Assembly (NCBI GenBank): GCA_963662285.2
Contig: CAXXMV010000006.1
Span: forward strand, 768,001 to 832,000
Direction of reading: 5' to 3'
Source: a bacterium
GTDB taxonomy: Bacteria > Hinthialibacterota > Hinthialibacteria > Hinthialibacterales > Hinthialibacteraceae
Length of the DNA stretch: 64,000 nt
A program made the position numbers and the translations under genes. The notes beneath the pieces were generated by a model. That model did not search any database and was not told the DNA's origin. It worked only from the letters and a program-made list of their open reading frames with translations. Positions 56,782-64,000 of the stretch are shown here, piece by piece (the stretch's first letter is position 1; each line of letters begins with the position of its first letter).

Positions 56782-57574
56782 AGAACAATTAATCGGCGCC
56801 ATTGAAGCATTAATCTTCGTATCCGGCGATCCGGTACCCTTAAAACGACTGGAAGAAGTTTTAGAAGCATCCGAAGATGATATCAAGGAATCCATCGAGA
56901 CTCTTTCAGAAAGGTACCTCGATTGCGGCGCCGGAATACAACTTATGGAAGTGGCCGGAGGCTTCCAACTACGTACGCGTCCCACATATAGTTTACAGGT
57001 CAATACATTTCTGGAGCGCAAACGGAAAACCACTTTGAGCGGACCGGCTTTGGAAACATTAGCTATTATCGCTTACAAACAACCGATCACCCGTGCGGAA
57101 ATAGAAGTGGTTCGCGGCGTCATGGTCGACGGCGTTCTGAAATCCCTGCTCGACAAACGTCTAATAAAAGTCGCCGGAGTGAAAGATGTTCCAGGCCGCC
57201 CTAATCTATATCGAACGACCAAACGTTTTCTGGAATACTTTGGGATAATATCGTTGAAAGACCTTCCCCCCATACAAGATATTGAAAAAACTTTTGCGGT
57301 CAGTTCAGGTATAATAGAAGAAGAACCGTTAATCGAAACAGACTCTAACGGTGAAATAGAAGCAGCATCCCAAACAGAAGCGGTTAATGATCCCGATTTA
57401 CATGTAGAAGAAGAGAATACTCAAGAAACAAATCCAACAGAATCTGAAACAGAAACTGAAACAGAAACAGTTAACAACTCCGATTCTCAAGCAGAAGAAG
57501 AAAATACTCAAGAAACAAATCCAACAGAATCCAAACCGGCGGACGCCACTCCAGATGACGAAAAATCAGAATAA
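56774..57574 (+). CDS. scpB: SMC-Scp complex subunit ScpB
   Basis: IEALIF, LETLAIIAYKQPITRAEIE-x-x-RGV, GRP-x-LY-x-TT-x-x-FL-x-YFG and LKDLP. Confidence 0.96.
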   Translation: MDKEQLIGAIEALIFVSGDPVPLKRLEEVLEASEDDIKESIETLSERYLDCGAGIQLMEVAGGFQLRTRPTYSLQVNTFLERKRKTTLSGPALETLAIIAYKQPITRAEIEVVRGVMVDGVLKSLLDKRLIKVAGVKDVPGRPNLYRTTKRFLEYFGIISLKDLPPIQDIEKTFAVSSGIIEEEPLIETDSNGEIEAASQTEAVNDPDLHVEEENTQETNPTESETETETETVNNSDSQAEEENTQETNPTESKPADATPDDEKSE

Positions 57575-58340
57575 CCAAGAAGATGCAACCATTCGTTTGA
57601 ATAAATTATTAGCCCGGCACGGCTTTTGTTCTCGACGAAAAGCGGATGAATGGATTAAAGCAGGCCGGGTAGCGATAGATGGGATTATTTGCCGTGAAGT
57701 CGGTATTCAAGTAGATCCATCGAATCAGGATATCGTGGTAGATGGTAACGAACTGGAAACTGCGCCGCCTTTATACTATATTTTGTTGAATAAACCTACC
57801 GGAGTAATTACCAGCCGCACCGATCCACAAAATCGAAAGACGGTATTAGACCTACTTCCAGAACAATTAGTAAAAGCGGGAGTAAATCCGGTCGGTCGTC
57901 TTGATTTCGATTCAGAAGGTCTGCTCCTCATTACCAATGATGGCGATTGGAGTCAGATTCTGCTCCATCCCCGGCATCAAATCTGGAAAGAATATATTGT
58001 AAAAACTGATCAGGAGATTTTACCTAATCACAGAAAACGACTTGAGCGGGGCGTCTTAATCGATGAAAAACTGACGCTTCCTTCGCGTATATCAGTAGAT
58101 CCTGCAGATTCATCATCCCAAAAACGGTTTTCAATTTCGATCCGCGAGGGAAGAAATCGTCAAATCCGTAGAATGTGTTCGGTTATCGGTTTGACAGTTG
58201 TTTCTTTACAACGGATCAAAATGGGACCAATCAGGCTGGGTTCACTGGAAAAAGGCAAGTGGCGGCATCTCCTGAAAACGGAGATAAATGAAGTTTTACA
58301 GATCGAAGCCAGAATCAAGAAACAAAGTGACGCCACTTGA
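57555..58340 (+). CDS. rluB: rRNA pseudouridine synthase RluB/RsuA family
   Basis: S4 domain RLNK...SRRKAD; LNKP; PVGRLDFDSEGLLLITNDG; EGRNRQIRRM; conserved position after scpB. Confidence 0.9.
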   Translation: MTKNQNNQEDATIRLNKLLARHGFCSRRKADEWIKAGRVAIDGIICREVGIQVDPSNQDIVVDGNELETAPPLYYILLNKPTGVITSRTDPQNRKTVLDLLPEQLVKAGVNPVGRLDFDSEGLLLITNDGDWSQILLHPRHQIWKEYIVKTDQEILPNHRKRLERGVLIDEKLTLPSRISVDPADSSSQKRFSISIREGRNRQIRRMCSVIGLTVVSLQRIKMGPIRLGSLEKGKWRHLLKTEINEVLQIEARIKKQSDAT

Positions 58341-58618
58341 AAAGGTTTTAAGAAAGATATACAAACTTCCTAGATAAAAACGAAAAATAGGGGCATGAAT
58401 AAATTATATATTTATTATCATCAGACCGATTCTTATGATAATGATCATGTTGTTCTATTAAGCGTATTCAAAAAAAGGCTGCCTGTAAGACTTTTCTAAA
58501 ACGCTTAAATGAATATATTTATGATAATCACTCTTTTCAGACGAACGTGAATCCCCCTGTACAAAATATTCTTACAAGTTAGATATTAAGTGTAGAGTGA
58601 AACCGTGGAGGAATTACT

Positions 58619-61402
58619 GTGGCAAAATCTTTGGTCATTGTGGAATCACCAGCAAAAGCAAAAACAATCAGTCGCTTCTTAGGCGATCAATATACTGTTA
58701 TAGCCAGTTATGGACATATCAGAGACCTTCCCGGTTCAGCCGATGAAATCCCCGAACAATACAAATCAGAGCCATGGTCTACAATGGCGGTCGATATCGA
58801 AAATGGCTTTGCGCCAATTTATATAATTCCCAGAGACAGCAAAAAATATATAACTGCTCTCAAAAAAGAGATGAAAGGCGTTGAAGAAGTTATACTGGCG
58901 ACAGATGAAGACCGCGAGGGAGAATCCATCAGCTGGCATCTGCTTGAAACCTTACAACCCAAGGTTCCCATCAAGCGAATTGCATTTCACGAAATAACCA
59001 AAGAGGCCATTCAAGAAGCGCTGCACAATCCACGGCAGTTAAATCAGGACCTGGTGCGGGCGCAGGAATGCCGCCGGGTGTTGGATCGGCTTTTCGGTTA
59101 TTCCCTGTCTCCACTGCTTTGGAAAAAAGTTCGCCCCAAGTTAAGCGCCGGACGCGTGCAAAGCGTCGCGGTTCGTTTAGTGGTCGAAAGAGAAGAAGAA
59201 CGTAAGGCTTTCCGCATAGCAAAATACTGGAGTATTAACGCGGAACTTGAAGCCAAAGGCAATCAATTCCAGGCCAGTTTAATTACGCTTGATGGTAAAA
59301 GACCAGCCGATGGCAAGGATTTTGATTCACAAACCGGCGAGCTCAAGAAGGACGTCAAAACCAACAATGTTTTTCATATCTTAGAGGATGACGCCAAATC
59401 CCTTTCAGATACTCTTGCGCAGAATCTTCCCTGGCGCGTGGCGCGTGTAGAACAGAAAAAAACCAAGCAACGCCCGTCGCCGCCTTTCATCACTTCTACT
59501 TTGCAGCAGGCCGCCAGTTCTCTGTTGAACATGCCGCCCCGTCAAACCATGCAGGTCGCTCAGCGGCTCTACGAAGGCATCGATTTCGGCAGCGGCGAGC
59601 GCGAAGGTCTTATCACCTATATGCGTACTGACTCATTCACGCTCAGCGAAAAGGCTTTATCCGAAGCCGGGCAGGTGATTACAGATAAGTTCGGCCCGAA
59701 ATATTATACCGGCCCCCGGAGATACAAAGCCAAATCGAAAAACGCCCAGGAAGCGCATGAGGCTATTCGTCCCACTCATATCAAGCATTCTCCTGATCAA
59801 CTGAAATCGTTCCTTAGTAAAGAAGAATTCAACCTTTACCGCATTATCTGGAACCGGACTATGGCGTCGCAAATGGCGGATGCCGAATTATTGAAAACGG
59901 TTATTGATTTCGAAGCGGAAGTTAAGGGCGAAACCGCCGTTCTCAGATCGAATGGATCGGTTATTGCTTTCCCCGGTTATTTGAAGGTTGCTGATGTAGC
60001 GCAGAAAGACAACGTGCTGCCCGCTATTGAAGAGGGTGATAAAGTCGGTCCGGGTGAAAAGGTTGCTTTATTGAAAATGGATTCAAAAGAACACCAGACC
60101 CAACCTCCGGCTCGATACACTGAAGCATCGCTGATCCAGCGTCTTGAAGAAGAAGGCATTGGACGACCATCCACCTATGCGCCGACCATTACCACCATTC
60201 AACAACGCGGATATGTTAATCTGACCGGCAAAGTACTGATACCTACATTTCTGGCCATCGCTGTTACATCGTTACTACGTACGCATTTCAAAGAGTATGT
60301 AGACCTGGGCTTTACTGCCCGCATGGAAGACGCTCTTGATGAAATTTCTAATGGTGAGCAGGATTCGACCGCTTTCCTTTCCTCGTTCTATAAAGGAAAC
60401 GGTGATTTCGGTCATGGACTGGCCCCGCAAATCGAAACGGAATTGCCCAAGATAGAATTTCCCACTATTCCCATAGGCCGCGATCCGAAAAGCGGAGAAG
60501 AGATCATCATACGACTGGGTCGCACTTCTCCTTTTATCCAAAAAGGCGAGGGTGGGGCTGACAACACGGTTCCGATTCCCCATACGCTGGGTTATGAAGA
60601 ACTCACTTTAGAAAAAGCGCTGAATCTGCTTGAAAACAAAGCAAAATTCAATGAAGCCATAGGCCAGGATCCCAAGACGGGTGAAGATATATTCGCTCAG
60701 ATCGGTCCTTATGGTCCGTATGTACAACTGGGGCAGGTGACTGAAGATAAAAAGAAGAAACCCAAACGCGCCAGTCTTCCCAAGGGGATGCCCATGGAAG
60801 ACCTGACCCTGGAACTTGCTCTGAAATTGCTTTCTCTGCCGCGTGAATTGGGCTTTCATCCTGACACTGGAGTTCTTATAACAACCGCCATTGGTCGTTT
60901 TGGTCCTTATGTAAAATGTGATAGTGATTTCCGTAGTTTAGCTAAGACGGATGATCCCTATACTATAGAGTTACCGCGGGCGTTGGAGTTATTGGCTGAA
61001 CCAAAACGCAGCCGCCGCACAACCAAAACAGTTCTTAAGGCGTTGGGCAAACACCCTGAAACCAAGAATGAAATCGAATTATGCGATGGACGCTATGGTC
61101 CATTCGTTACTGATGGAGAGGTCAACGCCTCGATTCCCAAAGGTTCCGAACCTGATTCAGTAACTCTTGAACAAGCCTTGAAATTGCTTGAGGATGCTCC
61201 CAAGAAAAAAACCACCCGTAAGAAATCAACCGCCAAGAAGAAGACTACTGCTAAAAAGAAAAGTACAGCTAAGAAAAAAACGACTGCCAAGAAGAAATCA
61301 ACCTCTGAAGATAACTCTGATGAGGAAACAACCGCTAAGACTACCAGGAAGAAAGTGGTCAGAAGAAAAGACGTTTCTAAGGCTATTACCACTGAAGAAT
61401 AG
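58619..61402 (+). CDS. topA: DNA topoisomerase I with Toprim C-terminal repeats and Lys-rich tail
   Basis: IVESPAKAKTI, ATDEDREGE, SAGRVQS, ITYMRTDS and GIGRPSTY; GxYGPYV repeats; KKKTTAKKK tail. Confidence 0.97.
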   Translation: MAKSLVIVESPAKAKTISRFLGDQYTVIASYGHIRDLPGSADEIPEQYKSEPWSTMAVDIENGFAPIYIIPRDSKKYITALKKEMKGVEEVILATDEDREGESISWHLLETLQPKVPIKRIAFHEITKEAIQEALHNPRQLNQDLVRAQECRRVLDRLFGYSLSPLLWKKVRPKLSAGRVQSVAVRLVVEREEERKAFRIAKYWSINAELEAKGNQFQASLITLDGKRPADGKDFDSQTGELKKDVKTNNVFHILEDDAKSLSDTLAQNLPWRVARVEQKKTKQRPSPPFITSTLQQAASSLLNMPPRQTMQVAQRLYEGIDFGSGEREGLITYMRTDSFTLSEKALSEAGQVITDKFGPKYYTGPRRYKAKSKNAQEAHEAIRPTHIKHSPDQLKSFLSKEEFNLYRIIWNRTMASQMADAELLKTVIDFEAEVKGETAVLRSNGSVIAFPGYLKVADVAQKDNVLPAIEEGDKVGPGEKVALLKMDSKEHQTQPPARYTEASLIQRLEEEGIGRPSTYAPTITTIQQRGYVNLTGKVLIPTFLAIAVTSLLRTHFKEYVDLGFTARMEDALDEISNGEQDSTAFLSSFYKGNGDFGHGLAPQIETELPKIEFPTIPIGRDPKSGEEIIIRLGRTSPFIQKGEGGADNTVPIPHTLGYEELTLEKALNLLENKAKFNEAIGQDPKTGEDIFAQIGPYGPYVQLGQVTEDKKKKPKRASLPKGMPMEDLTLELALKLLSLPRELGFHPDTGVLITTAIGRFGPYVKCDSDFRSLAKTDDPYTIELPRALELLAEPKRSRRTTKTVLKALGKHPETKNEIELCDGRYGPFVTDGEVNASIPKGSEPDSVTLEQALKLLEDAPKKKTTRKKSTAKKKTTAKKKSTAKKKTTAKKKSTSEDNSDEETTAKTTRKKVVRRKDVSKAITTEE

Positions 61403-61408
61403 AACAGC

Positions 61409-61600
61409 ATGGATATTTGGGTTTGGCTTACATATTCATTATTCATAGGGTGCATCCTGGTTGGATGGGCGGCCTGTTGGCGCAGCGATCTTCCAACTGC
61501 GCAAAAGATATTCTGGTCGGCCATCATATTGGTTTTTCCTATAGCAGGTACGCTGATTTACTTTATCGCTGGTCAGGACAGTAGAGATTTAATATCATGA
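61409..61600 (+). CDS. Small PLDc_N-like membrane protein
   Basis: K-x-x-W-x-x-IILVFPIAGTLIYF-x-x-G motif. Confidence 0.7.
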   Translation: MDIWVWLTYSLFIGCILVGWAACWRSDLPTAQKIFWSAIILVFPIAGTLIYFIAGQDSRDLIS

Positions 61601-62052
61601 CAAAAGAATATGTTCGAGCCAATGTCACCGCCGATATGCTTATACCCAATGAGAATGGCGAGATTCTTCTGATAAAGCGCAATAATGAGCCATTCCAGGG
61701 GCTTTATGCGATTCCCGGCGGCTTCCTCGAAGTGCATCAGGAAACGGTGGAGCAATGCGCTGTGCGTGAAGCGCAGGAAGAGACGGGTCTTAGGGTTGAA
61801 ATTGAACGGCTGATCGGAGTTTATTCCCACCCCAAGCGCGATCCACGCTGGCATAACGTAAGTGCAGTGTACCTGGCCAAGACGATTACTATGGAAGAAG
61901 CCGCTAAAGCTCTGGCTGGCGACGACGCCGGTGAGGTTTTGTGGGTTGATCCACAATCTGATGAATACCATCAACTATCCATCGCCTTTGATCACCGTGA
62001 TATCATTGATGATGCTTTGGCGTTCGGAATTAATTTAATTGCTGTTAAATAG
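61597..62052 (+). CDS. NUDIX hydrolase
   Basis: PGG...ETVEQCAVREAQEETGL Nudix box; RDPR; AFDH. Confidence 0.93.
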   Translation: MTKEYVRANVTADMLIPNENGEILLIKRNNEPFQGLYAIPGGFLEVHQETVEQCAVREAQEETGLRVEIERLIGVYSHPKRDPRWHNVSAVYLAKTITMEEAAKALAGDDAGEVLWVDPQSDEYHQLSIAFDHRDIIDDALAFGINLIAVK

Positions 62053-62057
62053 CCCAC

Positions 62058-62143
62058 GTAGGGTGGGTCGCGCTTTTTCGACCCACTGATAATAATTGAT
62101 TAATTGCATAATCCGGTGGGTCATAAGACGCGACCCACCCTAC
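62058..62143. repeat. REPIN-like doublet of GTAG REP (family C)
   Basis: GTAGGGTGGGTCGCG...GACCCAC and inverted GGTGGGTC...CGCGACCCACCCTAC between convergent genes. Confidence 0.8.
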
Positions 62144-62183
62144 GCGAAGTTAAACCGCGCTATCATTGAAATTGATGTTTTTC

Positions 62184-63056
62184 TCACCCCAATTCAGGCC
62201 CGCTTAATCCATAGATCAATTCGGGTTGACCCGGATGGGCGTTGACTCCCTTATACATGCGTATGAAGGGACGTTGTTCTTTGAATCTCATTTTTTGCAG
62301 CATATTGCGTACGTTGATATTGGGTTCGATGATATCAATAAAAACACGTTCCGGTTTTCTATGGTTGATGACTGTATCCAACAGGGATTGAGCTGTCGAA
62401 GCGTCGTCGGCTACCCAGGGGCCGATGTGGAATGCGTTGCCGCCTTCGCGCGCCATGACGTAGCCCGTGATTTTCCCTTCGTTTCTAACGCAAAAAGCGT
62501 AGGGCGCATAGTGATGTAAGTATGTTTGCAATACAGGTTTTCTTGAGGCGCCGAACAGGGGAGCGTCGTATTGATCAAGCTCGTTTAGATCATTGGTGGA
62601 AAGGGAAGGGCATGGAATAGCGTCTCCACTAAGTTCTATGTTATCGCATTCCATACGCGCAGCGCCGTATTCATCATGAAAGCCCAGGTTATCGTAGAGC
62701 AATTTGCCGGCGGGCGTAGCATCTAGTTTTACGGTAAGTCCACGGTTTTCCAAATGCTCAATACCGGCTAAAAGTAATTTCGTGCCAATGCCTTTGCGTT
62801 GGTGGTTCTGATCTACGATGACCATCGACACCCAACCAAAACGGTCTTCATAGGGAACCGTACAAGCCGTCCCGGTGGTTGCATCCCCACAGGCGGCAAC
62901 AAAACATCCTTCGGGATTCAAGGCTAAAAACCTCTGCCAATCAGTGATGGTCTGGTTCCATCCAGTCTGCTGGCGCAGCCTGAGACATTCTGGAAAATCG
63001 CTTTCCTGCATTATGCGTATTTCGACTGTGTTATCGCTCATGATACCCATCCCCAT
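62184..63056 (-). CDS. Tandem GNAT acetyltransferase (YitH-like)
   Basis: GWNQT-x-x-DW, QRKGIGTKLL, LDATPAGK-x-LY-x-x-LGF, IGPWVA and GPELG. Confidence 0.85.
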   Translation of the reverse strand: MGMGIMSDNTVEIRIMQESDFPECLRLRQQTGWNQTITDWQRFLALNPEGCFVAACGDATTGTACTVPYEDRFGWVSMVIVDQNHQRKGIGTKLLLAGIEHLENRGLTVKLDATPAGKLLYDNLGFHDEYGAARMECDNIELSGDAIPCPSLSTNDLNELDQYDAPLFGASRKPVLQTYLHHYAPYAFCVRNEGKITGYVMAREGGNAFHIGPWVADDASTAQSLLDTVINHRKPERVFIDIIEPNINVRNMLQKMRFKEQRPFIRMYKGVNAHPGQPELIYGLSGPELG

Positions 63057-63123
63057 ATAAGAATATTCTTAACTTTGGTTCATCTCTAAAGTAAGTACTT
63101 ATTAATTGGAGTTAAATAAAAAA

Positions 63124-63312
63124 TGTCTGAATCAGGATACTCAGGATTTGCGGGATACTCAGGATTTCACATCAAAAGCGCTTGATTTCCCTTTGGTTAT
63201 TCTGATTCTAGGGTGATTGATTATAGAATCACCCATCATGAGCATCCTATTATCCTGGCTATCCTGATTCAGACAAAAAATAATTATAAGTACTCAAATC
63301 AGTATTGATACT
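63124..63312 (+). mobile_element. MITE-like repeat family D
   Basis: Highly similar to 16860-17047 along its whole length; TGTCTGAATC/GATTCAGACA ends. Confidence 0.75.
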
Positions 63313-63428
63313 TAACTTTATCACATATTTTCTGTTAGAGAAAGCAAGATTCTTGGAGATTTGTATAATAACGAATTCTTGAATATATAAAATACTTTCA
63401 GTCATTGAAAAAAATCAAAAAAAAAGAC

Positions 63429-63480
63429 TTGACGAATACTTGTAAGTGTACTACTGTACCACATTAGTAATACAGTAATG
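63429..63480 (+). promoter_or_regulatory. Promoter and probable YtrA-type operator
   Basis: TTGACG at 63429; GTGTACTACTGTACCACATTAGTAATACAGTA contains a TACTGTA/TACAGTA inverted repeat. Confidence 0.55.
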
Positions 63481-63516
63481 CGCTATGTCTTTGCTTAAAA
63501 CGGTCAAGGAAAAAAA

Positions 63517-63909
63517 ATGTTAATATCCATTGATCCATCAAATGGCGTTCCCATTTTCCTGCAGATTGTGCAGCAGGTTAAATACAAGATCGCCGCCGGA
63601 GCGCTTCAAGAAGGCGACCAACTGCCCTCAGTGCGCGAATTGGCTGTCTCGTTGCGGGTGAATCCCAACACCGTCGCCAAATCATATACTGAGTTGGAGC
63701 GCAACGGGATCATCACCACCAAGCGGGGCATGGGGTGCTTTGTGGCTGATAAATCGGTGGTGATCAAGAAGAACGAGCGTCTCAAGATTATCGCTCAGCA
63801 TATCGAACGGGCGCTGACTGAATCTTATCACCTGGATATTCCTATCAATGAAGTTGAAGAACTATTCAAACAGGAAATTAATAAAATGCGGAAGAGGAGA
63901 CCATCATGA
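63517..63909 (+). CDS. GntR-family (YtrA subfamily) regulator
   Basis: PIFLQIVQQ...LPSVRELA-x-x-L-x-VNPNTVAKSY-x-ELE...RGMGCFV. Confidence 0.93.
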   Translation: MLISIDPSNGVPIFLQIVQQVKYKIAAGALQEGDQLPSVRELAVSLRVNPNTVAKSYTELERNGIITTKRGMGCFVADKSVVIKKNERLKIIAQHIERALTESYHLDIPINEVEELFKQEINKMRKRRPS

Positions 63910-64000
63910 ATCCAGCCGCCATCGAAATAAAAAATTGTACAAAATGCTTTCGTAGAACAGCGGTAGTCAAAGACCTATGTTTATCGGTTGAGCCGGGAAC
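63906..64000 (+). CDS. ABC transporter ATP-binding protein (N-terminus only)
   Basis: ATGA overlap with gntR; MNPAAIEIKNCTKCF...VVKDLCLSVEPG; typical ytrAB order. Confidence 0.7.
   Translation, partial: MNPAAIEIKNCTKCFRRTAVVKDLCLSVEPG

Noticed and set aside
61093-61527. 144-aa hydrophobic minus-strand ORF with FFLAVV repeats
   Set aside because: Antisense reading of the Lys-rich topA tail.
1-64000. CRISPR array, tRNA, rRNA, intact transposase/integrase or reverse transcriptase
   Set aside because: Repeats are dispersed palindromes without regular spacers; none of these genes was recognisable by eye.

Overview
Bacterial chromosomal window of moderate GC with AT-rich intergenic DNA. The gene repertoire (FG-GAP/ASPIC proteins, FGE-sulfatase protein, BlaI/BlaR1, GPTxVEY-type Flp pilins) suggests a PVC-like or candidate-phylum organism; this is inference only. 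Contents in order: CE15 esterase; Tat-signal fucose-isomerase-like protein; vapBC; a Tad/Flp pilus locus (4.8-18.5 kb); AbrB-doc TA pair with a frameshifted toxin; FGE-sulfatase protein; aas plus a lipoprotein esterase; secreted proteins; blaI-blaR1; TVP38 plus disulfide oxidoreductase; ECF sigma/anti-sigma followed by two mini-MotA-like genes; a pdaD/DHS-like/speB polyamine operon; GNAT-DUF1778 TA pair; fba; lysA; frameshifted cysH; guaA; scpA-scpB-rluB; topA; NUDIX; GNAT; gntR-ABC. The most unusual observations: (1) the Tad operon carries an exported caspase-like (clan CD, GHG...DxC) protease gene between tadG and cpaE, an OmpA lipoprotein and a second AAA ATPase; (2) a ~164-nt rod-like RNA structure lies directly after the major pilin gene; (3) an ECF-linked pair of stator-like MotA minidomains has no MotB; (4) a candidate GGA-rich small RNA with its own terminator lies opposite guaA. 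Four families of REP/MITE-like intergenic repeats are present. No rRNA, tRNA, CRISPR array or intact transposase was recognised. All family assignments are from motif reading, not database searches.
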